Assembly (NCBI GenBank): GCA_044359955.1
Contig: JBIKLF010000003.1
Coordinates: 3,218-67,217, forward strand
Length of the DNA: 64,000 bases
Origin: Chthoniobacterales bacterium
Lineage (GTDB): Bacteria; Verrucomicrobiota; Verrucomicrobiia; Chthoniobacterales; JACTMZ01
Reading direction: 5' to 3'
Shown here: positions 37,383 to 45,773 of the stretch, piece after piece
Position numbering within the stretch: the stretch's first letter is position 1
How the letters are laid out: each line of letters opens with the position of its first letter
Made by a program: the position numbers and the translations under genes
Notes under the pieces: model-generated
The model's input: only the letters and a program-made list of their open reading frames with translations
Told to the model about the DNA's origin: nothing
Databases searched by the model: none

Positions 37383-37653
37383 GGGTGTTGGTGGTGCCGG
37401 GTTTGGTGCGGGGCTGGTGAGCTAAAAGTTTCGCCTAAATGGCTCCACGTTTTTCGGGCTCAAGCCAATTGAAGGGGCGATCGGCCCGGGCCTGCGCAGT
37501 TATTTGGTTCAACGGAGGCCAAATTTTCGCAGCATTCGCAGCAAAGACGACTCAACTACACTCAACTTGGCTTAACTCATTGACGGTCCAGCCGGTCTTG
37601 TAAACACTTGGAAATGAAGCGTTAACAGTGTCTTTTTTGGCAGAGGCAAAAAA

Positions 37654-37741
37654 CGGTGAGGGAGGGATTCGAACCCTCGGTAGCCTTTTGGACTACGGAG
37701 CTTTAGCAAAGCTCTGCTTTCGACCACTCAGCCACCTCACC
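37654..37741 (-). tRNA. tRNA-Ser(GCT)
   Basis: Acceptor GGTGAGG/CCTCACC, anticodon stem GAGCT/AGCTC with loop TTGCTAA, long variable arm CGTAGTCCAAAAGGCTACC, T-arm GAGGG-TTCGAAT-CCCTC. CCA is not encoded. Confidence 0.9.
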
Positions 37742-37885
37742 AGAATTGAAGGGGAAAATTGCCATCGTCGGCAGGCGGCGTCAATGCCGGTTGCACAAGA
37801 AGTTGGCGTTGCGCCCTCCGCGGAGGACAAAGGCAGGGGTGCCCGAGGCCAAAGGAAGAAGGCGACGCAGGAGTGGAGGGGGTGC

Positions 37886-39283
37886 CTATTTGCGCTGCGA
37901 GGCCTTGAGCACAGCGGCGGGGATTTGTTTGACGCCGCCGCGGCGGATGATGTCACGGTAATCGAAGGCGGCGGGCTTTAGTTCGCGGGCGAAGGTCCGC
38001 GGGTTCATGCGGGCGAGGCCGAAGGTGGCGTCGTAGCCATAGTGCCATTCGTAGTTGTCGAGCAGGGACCAGACGAAGTAGCCACGCACGTCGTGTCCGT
38101 CCTCGCGCGCCTGCTGCACGGCGGCCACGTGTTCCTCGAGGTAGCGCTTGCGCTGGGTCTCGTCCTGCGTGGCGATTCCGTTTTCGGTGATCATCATGGG
38201 CTTGCCGTAGCGCTTGCCCACGAGGCGGATCTGTTTGTAGAGCCCGGCCGGATCGATGTCCCAACCCATCTCGGTGAAATTGGGTCCGCGGTGGGAGCCG
38301 AGCCCGAGGGCGGCGATGGGGCCGGCTTTTTGGCTGTAGTAGTAGTTGATTCCGATCACGTCGCAGACGTCCCAGATTTTGTCGAGGTGGTCGAAATTCA
38401 TCCGCATCATGCCGTTGTAGGCCGCGCCGGTGGGATCAAACCAACCGTTGCTCCACCACGGGAGGGCTTGCACGGACATGACAATGGCATCGGGGCGTTC
38501 GCGTTTGATGATGGCGGCGGCCTGACGAAACTGGCGGGCGCTGGCCCGCACGGCGGCGGCGTAGGTGCCGAGCGCGGCCGTCATGGCCGGCGGCCATTGT
38601 CCGTTGAGATAAGCGGTGGCGATCTGTCCGTTGGGTTCGTTTTGCGGGGCGAAGTAACGGACGTGTGGCTTGAGCCGGGGGACGACCTTGTTCACGTAGG
38701 CTTGCCAGCGGGTATCGGAATCGGGGTGCAGCCAGTTCGAGCGCTTGGGATTTTTCTCGTCGTAGAGCCAGTCGGGGAAGGTGAAGTGCCATAGGCAGAC
38801 AACAGGTTCGATGCCGGCGGCTTTGAGGCGGCGGGTCATTTCGACATAGCGGGCGATGGCGGCCTCGTCGTATTGGCCCGGTTTAGGCTCGAGGCGGGCC
38901 CACTCGAGGCTGAGGCGGTAATGGGTGGCGCCGACTTTTGTCAGCGCCGCGACGTCCTGGTCGAACTCGCTCCATGACATGACCACGGTGTTGCCGCGCG
39001 GCACCGCTTTTCCTTGCTCCATGAGGATGTCCCAGTCGGTGCGGAAGGGCAGTTGGCCGTTCTTGCCGACTTGGCGGTTCTCGTATTGCCAACTTGATGA
39101 CGAGAATCCCCAGGCGAAGTCACCGGTGTCGACGCGGGCGGCTTGGGTGCGGGCCTGCGGCGTGATGGTCGGCGCCTTCGGATACATGATGCAGCCGGTG
39201 AGGGGCGCGGCGAGAAGGATGAGGAGAAGACGCGGCACGGTGGAAAAGTGGGAGGGTATGAAAATGGAAAGACGGGCGGCCAT
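37886..39283 (-). CDS. glycoside hydrolase family 1 lipoprotein (beta-glucosidase-like)
   Basis: ATG 39283. Lipobox LLAAPLTGC, acid/base QNEPNG, nucleophile ITENG. Confidence 0.85.
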   Translation of the reverse strand: MAARLSIFIPSHFSTVPRLLLILLAAPLTGCIMYPKAPTITPQARTQAARVDTGDFAWGFSSSSWQYENRQVGKNGQLPFRTDWDILMEQGKAVPRGNTVVMSWSEFDQDVAALTKVGATHYRLSLEWARLEPKPGQYDEAAIARYVEMTRRLKAAGIEPVVCLWHFTFPDWLYDEKNPKRSNWLHPDSDTRWQAYVNKVVPRLKPHVRYFAPQNEPNGQIATAYLNGQWPPAMTAALGTYAAAVRASARQFRQAAAIIKRERPDAIVMSVQALPWWSNGWFDPTGAAYNGMMRMNFDHLDKIWDVCDVIGINYYYSQKAGPIAALGLGSHRGPNFTEMGWDIDPAGLYKQIRLVGKRYGKPMMITENGIATQDETQRKRYLEEHVAAVQQAREDGHDVRGYFVWSLLDNYEWHYGYDATFGLARMNPRTFARELKPAAFDYRDIIRRGGVKQIPAAVLKASQRK

Positions 39284-39329
39284 AGAGATCCGACGGTCAT
39301 AGACCGCCGCTGCAAGTTGGGGAAGGGAA

Positions 39330-39995
39330 TTAGACGGGCCAGTCGGCCCGTTGGTAGGCACTGTCCCAGAACATCCATTCGAGCTGGGTCGCGCGGGTGA
39401 AGGCGGCGTGCATGGCGACCAGCGTATCCGCGGAGCAGCGTGACGCCACTTTGTCAGTCGTGGCGATGACGGCCTGCACCGCAGAGGCAAATTCCTCTCC
39501 CGCGTAAGTTTCGATCCAGGCGTGGTAGGGGTTGGGCTGGGTGGCCCGGGTGTGGATGCTTTTCCCCACTTCGAGGTAAATCCAGAAGCAGGGCAGGAGC
39601 GCGGCGAGAACAACGGGGAAGGGCTCGAGGGCGGCCACGCGGAGGAGGTAGCTGACGTAATGGTCGCAGGCCGGCGTGGGACGGGCCGCGGCGAAGTCGG
39701 CGGCACTGAGGCCGAACTTTGCGAAGTAGTCGGTGTGGAGGGCGCGCTCGACGAGGATGGCGGTTTGGGCGGCGCCGGCGAATTGGACGAGGTGGTCGCT
39801 GTGGTCCGCCTTGGCGGCGGCGAGGGCGAGCGCGCGGGCGAATCCCTCGAGATAGTGGGCGTCTTGAATGATGTAGTGGCGGAAGCGATCCTCACGCAAG
39901 GTGCCCGCGGCAAGCTCCGCGTTGAACGGCATGGCGAGGATGGCTTGGTAAAGCGGCAGGTTGTATTGCCAGGCGGAGGTGCTGAAGGTCGGCAT
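39330..39995 (-). CDS. tenA: TenA-family aminopyrimidine aminohydrolase (thiaminase II)
   Basis: ATG 39995 within listed ORF 39330..41330. 221 aa; FRHYIIQDAHYLEGFARAL and LLPCFWIY are typical of TenA. Confidence 0.85.
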   Translation of the reverse strand: MPTFSTSAWQYNLPLYQAILAMPFNAELAAGTLREDRFRHYIIQDAHYLEGFARALALAAAKADHSDHLVQFAGAAQTAILVERALHTDYFAKFGLSAADFAAARPTPACDHYVSYLLRVAALEPFPVVLAALLPCFWIYLEVGKSIHTRATQPNPYHAWIETYAGEEFASAVQAVIATTDKVASRCSADTLVAMHAAFTRATQLEWMFWDSAYQRADWPV

Positions 39996-39997
39996 GA

Positions 39998-40027
39998 GGG
40001 CGGAGACTTGAGTTTGAAACCTGAGTG
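39998..40027 (+). repeat. 30-nt direct repeat GGGCGGAGACTTGAGTTTGAAACCTGAGTG (partner at 41611-41640)
   Basis: 29 of 30 nt identical to 41611-41640. Together they bracket selO. Confidence 0.8.
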
Positions 40028-40076
40028 AGACGCAGAGAGGAGTTGAAAGATTCGGGAGAGTGCGCAGTTTAGGCGG

Positions 40077-41561
40077 ATGGGAGTGAGGTCCGAGAGCAAA
40101 AGCAGCGCAGGATGGAAATTCGACAATTCGTATGCGCGGTTGCCCTCGGCGCTTTGGTCGGCCGTTGCCCCGGTGGCGGTGGCTAAGCCGGGGCTCGCGC
40201 TGCTCAATGAGGTCTTGGCGCGCGATCTCGGTCTGGATCCCGGAGCTTTGCAGGAGGTGGGGGCGGAAATTTTTTCCGGCAACCGCGTGCCCGAGGGAGC
40301 GGAGCCTATCGCGCAGGCTTATGCGGGCCACCAGTTCGGGCATTTTACCAATTTGGGTGACGGACGTGCCATTTTGCTCGGTGAGCAGGTCACGCCGGGT
40401 GGCGCGCGGTTTGATGTGCAGCTGAAAGGGGCGGGGCGGACGCCGTATTCGCGGCGGGGTGACGGACGGGCCGCGCTCGGTCCGATGCTCCGCGAATACG
40501 TGATGAGTGAAGCGATGCATGCCTTGGGGATTCCGACCACGCGCAGTCTGGCCGTGGCGACCACGGGCGAAGAGGTTGCGCGGGAGGAGTTGCTGCCCGG
40601 GGCGGTTTTGACCCGGATTGCTTCGAGCCATATCCGCGTGGGAACGTTCGAATACGCCGCCGCTTTGGGCGATCGCGCGCTGCTCCAGGCGTTGGTTGAT
40701 TACACCTTGAAGCGGCATTATGCGGACTCGCTGATCGCGGAGAACCGGGCATTGGCTCTGCTCGAAGGTGTGCTCGAGCGGCAGGCAAAACTGGTCGCGC
40801 AGTGGGCGGGTGTGGGTTTCGTGCATGGCGTGATGAACACGGACAACATGGCCTTGAGCGGAGAGACGATTGATTATGGTCCGTGTGCTTTTCTGGACGC
40901 CTATGATCCGGCAACGGTGTTCAGCTCGATCGACCGCGGTGGGCGTTATGCCTTCGGAAATCAGCCGAGTATGGCCCACTGGAATCTCGCCCGATTGGCC
41001 GAGGCGCTGGTGCCGTTGCTGCACGAGGACCAGGCCAAGTCGGTCGGCATAGCCGAAGAAGCGCTGGACCGTTTTCCGGAACGCTTTGCCTATTTTTATG
41101 CGGGCGTGCTGCGGGGGAAGTTGGGCTTGGTGAGCGAGGAGGAGGGGGATTTGGACTTGGCGAAGGAGTTGCTGGCGTGGATGACGCGGACCGGTGCGGA
41201 TTTCACGAACACGTTTGCGGCGTTGACGCGCGGGGTTGAGGCGGGATGGTGGGATGAAGGCGCGGTCCCGGTCGGCGGGGAGTTCGGCGCGTGGCGGACG
41301 AAATGGAGGGCGCGTTTGGGGCGTCAGCAAGCGGAGAAGACGGAAGTCATGGCCCTGATGCGGTCAGCCAATCCGGTGGTTATTCCGCGCAATCATCGTG
41401 TGGAGGAGGCTCTGGCTGCCGTGGTCGCAGGAGATTTTGCGGTCATGCAGCGGCTGCTCGATGTGCTGGCGCGGCCGTATGAGGAGACGGAGGAGAACAA
41501 GGCTTACCGCACGTCGCCAGAGCCAAGCACAGAGCCTTACCGGACGTTTTGTGGGACGTGA
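40077..41561 (+). CDS. selO: protein adenylyltransferase SelO (YdiU/UPF0061)
   Basis: 494 aa. YAGHQFGHF, LGDGRAILLGE, LKGAGRTPYSR and GVMNTDNMALSGETIDYGP motifs. Confidence 0.9.
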   Translation: MGVRSESKSSAGWKFDNSYARLPSALWSAVAPVAVAKPGLALLNEVLARDLGLDPGALQEVGAEIFSGNRVPEGAEPIAQAYAGHQFGHFTNLGDGRAILLGEQVTPGGARFDVQLKGAGRTPYSRRGDGRAALGPMLREYVMSEAMHALGIPTTRSLAVATTGEEVAREELLPGAVLTRIASSHIRVGTFEYAAALGDRALLQALVDYTLKRHYADSLIAENRALALLEGVLERQAKLVAQWAGVGFVHGVMNTDNMALSGETIDYGPCAFLDAYDPATVFSSIDRGGRYAFGNQPSMAHWNLARLAEALVPLLHEDQAKSVGIAEEALDRFPERFAYFYAGVLRGKLGLVSEEEGDLDLAKELLAWMTRTGADFTNTFAALTRGVEAGWWDEGAVPVGGEFGAWRTKWRARLGRQQAEKTEVMALMRSANPVVIPRNHRVEEALAAVVAGDFAVMQRLLDVLARPYEETEENKAYRTSPEPSTEPYRTFCGT

Positions 41562-41610
41562 GAGGGAGAGGGCGGAGACGAGATAAAAAAGGGCGGAGAC
41601 GAAAAAGAAA

Positions 41611-41640
41611 GGGCGGAGACTTGAGTTTGAAACTTGAGTG
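41611..41640 (+). repeat. 30-nt direct repeat, second copy, preceded by two extra GGGCGGAGAC motifs (41571-41580, 41591-41600)
   Basis: GGGCGGAGACTTGAGTTTGAAACTTGAGTG, followed by the perfect palindrome ATTTCAAATTTGAAAT. Confidence 0.8.
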
Positions 41641-41728
41641 GATGGGGGAGGCGGAGCGGGGCGAGGGATTTCAAATTTGAAATTTGAGATTTCAGAGGGG
41701 ATGGCGCGGGTGTAGGTTGGATTGATGA

Positions 41729-41820
41729 GGAAGGGTGGCTGAGTCCGGTTTAAGGCACTCGACTCGAAATCGAGCGTGGGGTTAAACCCACCGTGGGTTC
41801 GAATCCCACCCCTTCCGCCA
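41729..41820 (+). tRNA. tRNA-Ser(CGA)
   Basis: Acceptor GGAAGGG/CCCTTCC, anticodon stem CTCGA/TCGAG with loop CTCGAAA, long variable arm CGTGGGGTTAAACCCACC, T-arm GTGGG-TTCGAAT-CCCAC, G73, encoded CCA. Confidence 0.9.
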
Positions 41821-42025
41821 ATCCGCCGCAGGCGGCTTGAAACATCCCGGTGGGATGAAGAACGCAGTTCGAGCCGGAGACAGGTCGCCGGAGGCGACCA
41901 ATCCCACCCCTTCCGCCAATCCGCCGCAGGCGGCTTGAAACATCCCGGTGGGATGAAGAACGCAGTTCGAGCCGGAGACAGGTCGCCGGAGGCGACCAAT
42001 CCCACCCCTTCCGCCAATCCGCCGC
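41821..42025 (+). repeat. two perfect 98-bp tandem units plus a 28-nt partial third, each re-creating the last 19 nt of tRNA-Ser(CGA)
   Basis: AATCCCACCCCTTCCGCCA occurs at 41802-41820 (genuine), 41900-41918 and 41998-42016. Spacers 41821-41899 and 41919-41997 are identical. Confidence 0.9.
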
Positions 42026-42109
42026 GCTGGCCGAGGCACGACATCACCCTTCACAAGTTGGCTGCGCTTTTCTTCCGGGGCTACGAGCCCCAGGTCGATG
42101 CATGGGTGT

Positions 42110-42964
42110 TCAGGCGCGGCGGCCGAACCACCAGATCATCAGGCCTCCGCTGAGGAACATGAAGAGGCTGTAGACGACCGAGGGCATGGCGATGCTGGCG
42201 TTTTCGAGCAGGCCGAGAGTGATGGCGAGGGCGAGGGTGCCGTTCTGGATGCCGGTTTCGACCGCGATGGTGACTTTTTGTGCGCGGGGCAGTCCGGCGG
42301 CCCAGCCGGCGCCGAAGCCGAGGATCATGGCGGCAAGGTTGAGAGTGATGGCGGCGGGACCGGCGGTGGCGAATTGGTGGGCAAGGTCTTTTTCCCGCAG
42401 CACGGCTGCAGCAATGATGAGGGCGAGGAAGACGAGCGAAAAGATGGCGGCCGGACGTTCCAATCGCTGCGCGAGGAGAGGAAAGGCCGAGCGGACACCC
42501 ATGCCGCAGACGATGGGCACGATGGTGACCAGCGTGAGCTGGCCGAGCGTTTTCCAGAAGGGCAATTGCACTGCGGCGCCGCTGCCGAGAAACCAGTCCA
42601 TGGAAAAAGCGACAATCCACGGGATGGTAAAGACGCACACCATGCTCGAAATGGCGGTCAGGGTGACGGAGAGGGCGGTGTCACCCTTGGCCAGGTGCGT
42701 GATGACGTTTGAAGTAGAGCCGCCCGGGCAGGCGGCGAGAATCATCAGCCCGACCGCCAGTTCACCGGGCAGACGGAAGGCGAGGGCCAGCACGAAGGCG
42801 ATGAGCGGCAGCATGACAAGCTGGCAGGTCAGGCCGACGATTTTCGCTTTGGGAGAGAGAATAACGCGGCGGAAATCCGCCGGCACCAAACTCAGCCCCA
42901 TGCCGAAGAGCACGGCAAAGAGGGCCAGAGGCAAAGCCAGTTGCTTCAGGAGGTCAGGCGGCAT
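42110..42964 (-). CDS. bile acid:sodium symporter (BASS) family transporter
   Basis: 284 aa. FGMGLSL and AACPGGSTSNV motifs. Confidence 0.85.
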   Translation of the reverse strand: MPPDLLKQLALPLALFAVLFGMGLSLVPADFRRVILSPKAKIVGLTCQLVMLPLIAFVLALAFRLPGELAVGLMILAACPGGSTSNVITHLAKGDTALSVTLTAISSMVCVFTIPWIVAFSMDWFLGSGAAVQLPFWKTLGQLTLVTIVPIVCGMGVRSAFPLLAQRLERPAAIFSLVFLALIIAAAVLREKDLAHQFATAGPAAITLNLAAMILGFGAGWAAGLPRAQKVTIAVETGIQNGTLALAITLGLLENASIAMPSVVYSLFMFLSGGLMIWWFGRRA

Positions 42965-43054
42965 CCGGTCAAGCTGCCGCAGAGGCTGCGGGGCGTCGAT
43001 GCCGGAACGGGCCGCGGCTTCGGCGCGGTCAGGCGGAACGAACTTCGGCGGAGC

Positions 43055-43357
43055 TTAACAGTCCGCGCTTTCCAGCGCGGCATCGACGTGATCGGCTGCG
43101 GCCTCCAACTGCTCCATCAGGTCGTGCAAGGCAGCCCAGGATTGGGCGATGTCCGGCCCCCATTCGCCCTCGAGGCCTTCGAGTTTGGCGTTGGGTGAGG
43201 GATGACAGGAGAGGTTTTCCTCGATCAAGCACGCAATGGTCCGCAAGGCGGGGCCATGGTAGGGGAGGTGCAGTTCGAGACGGTGCGAGACTTTCGTCGT
43301 CTTCGGCATATCGGGCAATGTTCCACCGAAAGCGCAACCGCGCAAGCCGGAGGACAA
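43055..43357 (-). CDS. hypothetical small acidic protein
   Basis: 100-aa ORF (the internal start MPKTTK gives 84 aa). No family recognised. Sits between the BASS and HAD genes on the same strand. Confidence 0.35.
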   Translation of the reverse strand: MSSGLRGCAFGGTLPDMPKTTKVSHRLELHLPYHGPALRTIACLIEENLSCHPSPNAKLEGLEGEWGPDIAQSWAALHDLMEQLEAAADHVDAALESADC

Positions 43358-43363
43358 ACTTTT

Positions 43364-44017
43364 TTAGCCTGGGGCCAGCGAGGCGAGGAGTTCGGGCGTG
43401 ATTTCCGCCATGCTGGGCACGGCGGCATGGGCGGCGCGGAGAGCGTCGAGCGGGTTGGTCGTGGCCACGGCCACGACCGGCATGCCGGCTTGTCGGGCGG
43501 CCTCGATGCCGACCAGCGCGTCCTCGATGACGACGCATTCGGCCGGGGCGAAGCCGAGTCTTTCCGCGGCGAGGAGAAAGATGGAGGGGTCCGGCTTGCC
43601 GTGCACGACTTCTTCGCCGGAAACGATCACGCGGAAAAAATCACGCAGGCCCATCAGGTCGAGGAGAAGATCCAAGTTGGCGCGTTCGGTTGACGAACCA
43701 ATGGCGCAGGGGATGTCCCGGCCGCGCAGGGCCGCGAGGAGTTCGCGCACTCCGGGCAGTGGCTGCAGGCCCTTTTCGCGCACCAGCGCGCGGTAGGCTT
43801 CTTCCTTCTCCTGTGCGAGTTCGGCAACTTCCTGCGGAACCACGGCCCAACCGAGGTCGGGGATGATCACGTTGTTCTTCTTGCCGAAGCCGCGTTTGAA
43901 ATGGTCGGGCGGCAGGGGGAGTCCGCGGCGGCTGGCCAGGATTTCCCAACTGCGCTCGTGGTGGGCCGAGGAGTCAACGACGACCCCGTCCCAGTCGAAG
44001 ATGACCGCGCGGAGCAT
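43364..44017 (-). CDS. HAD-superfamily hydrolase (beta-phosphoglucomutase-like)
   Basis: ATG 44017. Motif I VIFDWDGVVVDS; later GSST and VIEDALVGIEAA. Confidence 0.85.
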   Translation of the reverse strand: MLRAVIFDWDGVVVDSSAHHERSWEILASRRGLPLPPDHFKRGFGKKNNVIIPDLGWAVVPQEVAELAQEKEEAYRALVREKGLQPLPGVRELLAALRGRDIPCAIGSSTERANLDLLLDLMGLRDFFRVIVSGEEVVHGKPDPSIFLLAAERLGFAPAECVVIEDALVGIEAARQAGMPVVAVATTNPLDALRAAHAAVPSMAEITPELLASLAPG

Positions 44018-45726
44018 CAGAGCCCGGCGTCGGTTACGGCACCGGTGGAGGCGCTGGTGGCACTGGCCGCGAATTTGGCGAGCACACCGCGGCGGTAGCG
44101 CGGGACGGGTTTCTTCCACTTGGCCTTGCGCCGCTTCATCTCGGCGGCCGGAATGTCGAGCGTGAGGCGGTGTTTGATCGCGTCGATCTCGATGGTGTCG
44201 CCATTTTTGACCAACGCAAGCGGCCCGCCATCGAAGGCTTCCGGAGTGATGTGGCCGACGACGAATCCGTGGGTGCCGCCGGAGAAACGTCCGTCGGTGA
44301 CGAGGGCCACATCTTTACCCAGGCCTTTGCCCATCACGGCGGAAGTGGGGCCGAGCATTTCACGCATACCGGGCCCGCCTTTGGGTCCTTCGTAGCGGAT
44401 GACAATGACGTCACCTTTTTTCACCGCGCCCTTGAGGATGTCCTCGAGGGCGGCTTCCTCCGAGTCAAAGACCCGTGCTGTGCCCCGGAATTTCTCGCCT
44501 TCTTTGCCGGAAATTTTGGCCACGGCCCCGCCGGGTGCGAGGTTGCCGTAGAGGATGACGAGGTGGCTGTCCTTCTTCACCGGATCTTTGAGCGGTCGAA
44601 TGACTTGCTGGCCTTTGGGGTAGGGTTTGAAAGGCGCGAGGTTCTGCTTGAGGGTTTTTCCGGTCACGGTGAGGCAATCGCCGTGGAGCAGGCCGGCCGA
44701 GAGGAGTTGCTTCATGAGCGGCACGATGCCGCCGATGGCGACAAGTTCGGACATGAGGTATTTGCCACTCGGCTTGAGGTCGGCCAGCACCGGGACGCGG
44801 CGGCCGATCTTGGTGAAGTCGTCGATGTGCAATTTCACGTTGGCCGCGTGGGCCATGGCGAGGAGGTGGAGCACGGCATTGGTCGAACCGCCCAGCGCGA
44901 TGATCAGGGTGATGGCGTTTTCGAAAGATTCTCGGGTCAGGATGTCCGAGGGAACGATGCCGCGCTTGAGCAGGTTAACCACCGCGGCGCCGGCGTCGCG
45001 CGCATCGGCCTTTTTGTGGACGGAGACGGCGGCTTGCGCCGAGCTGTTGGGCAGGCTCATCCCCATGGCTTCGATCGCCGAGGCCATGGTGTTGGCGGTG
45101 TACATGCCGCCGCACGATCCGGCCCCGGGGATGGCGCAGGATTCGATTTTCTGCAGTTGCTGGTCGTCGATCGTGCCGGCCGCGCGCTGGCCGACCGCTT
45201 CGAAGACCGAAACGATGTCGAGGTTTTTGCCGTTGAGGCAGCCGGGGAGAATGGTGCCGCCGTAAACGAAGACCGCGGGGCGGTTGAGGCGCGAGATGGC
45301 CAGCATGCAACCTGGCATGTTTTTATCGCATCCGCCGATGGCGACAAAGCCGTCGAAGCCTTCGCAGCCGATGACCGTTTCGATCGAGTCGGCGATCACT
45401 TCGCGCGAGACGAGCGAGTATTTCATCCCTTCGGTCCCCATCGAGATGCCGTCGGAGATAGTGATGGTGTTGAAGATGGTCGCTTTTCCGCCCGCCGCGT
45501 TGGCTCCGCCGGCGGCCTCGCGGGCGAGCACGTCGAGGTGCATGTTGCAGGGGGTGACCATGCTCCAAGTGGAAGCGACACCCACCTGAGGCTTGGCGAA
45601 ATCTTTTTCCTGGAAACCGACCGCGTAGAGCATGGCGCGGCTCGGAGCGCGCTCGGGTCCGTCCAGGACCTGCGAGGAATAACGGCGAAGGGGTGCTTTT
45701 TTGGCGCGGGCGGATTTTTTGCTCAC
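44017..45726 (-). CDS. ilvD: dihydroxy-acid dehydratase
   Basis: 569 aa, full-length IlvD-like. [21 protein letters not shown]-type motif ([14 protein letters not shown]). Confidence 0.95.
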   Translation of the reverse strand: MSKKSARAKKAPLRRYSSQVLDGPERAPSRAMLYAVGFQEKDFAKPQVGVASTWSMVTPCNMHLDVLAREAAGGANAAGGKATIFNTITISDGISMGTEGMKYSLVSREVIADSIETVIGCEGFDGFVAIGGCDKNMPGCMLAISRLNRPAVFVYGGTILPGCLNGKNLDIVSVFEAVGQRAAGTIDDQQLQKIESCAIPGAGSCGGMYTANTMASAIEAMGMSLPNSSAQAAVSVHKKADARDAGAAVVNLLKRGIVPSDILTRESFENAITLIIALGGSTNAVLHLLAMAHAANVKLHIDDFTKIGRRVPVLADLKPSGKYLMSELVAIGGIVPLMKQLLSAGLLHGDCLTVTGKTLKQNLAPFKPYPKGQQVIRPLKDPVKKDSHLVILYGNLAPGGAVAKISGKEGEKFRGTARVFDSEEAALEDILKGAVKKGDVIVIRYEGPKGGPGMREMLGPTSAVMGKGLGKDVALVTDGRFSGGTHGFVVGHITPEAFDGGPLALVKNGDTIEIDAIKHRLTLDIPAAEMKRRKAKWKKPVPRYRRGVLAKFAASATSASTGAVTDAGL

Positions 45727-45773
45727 GCGGAGGTTTTACACTGCACCGCGCTCCGCGTTAAGCAGAAACCGGA

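Noticed and set aside
37628-37981. 117-aa ORF overlapping tRNA-Ser(GCT)
   Set aside because: It overlaps a canonical tRNA and the 3' end of the GH1 gene, and has no protein-like features.
39996-40076. TPP riboswitch upstream of tenA
   Set aside because: The region is only 81 nt, is occupied by the 30-nt repeat, and has no TPP-box sequence.
41364-42047. 227-aa minus-strand ORF, and 41776..42153(+), across the tRNA-Ser array
   Set aside because: The internal repetition in the translations simply mirrors the 98-bp DNA repeat. Both overlap a tRNA gene.
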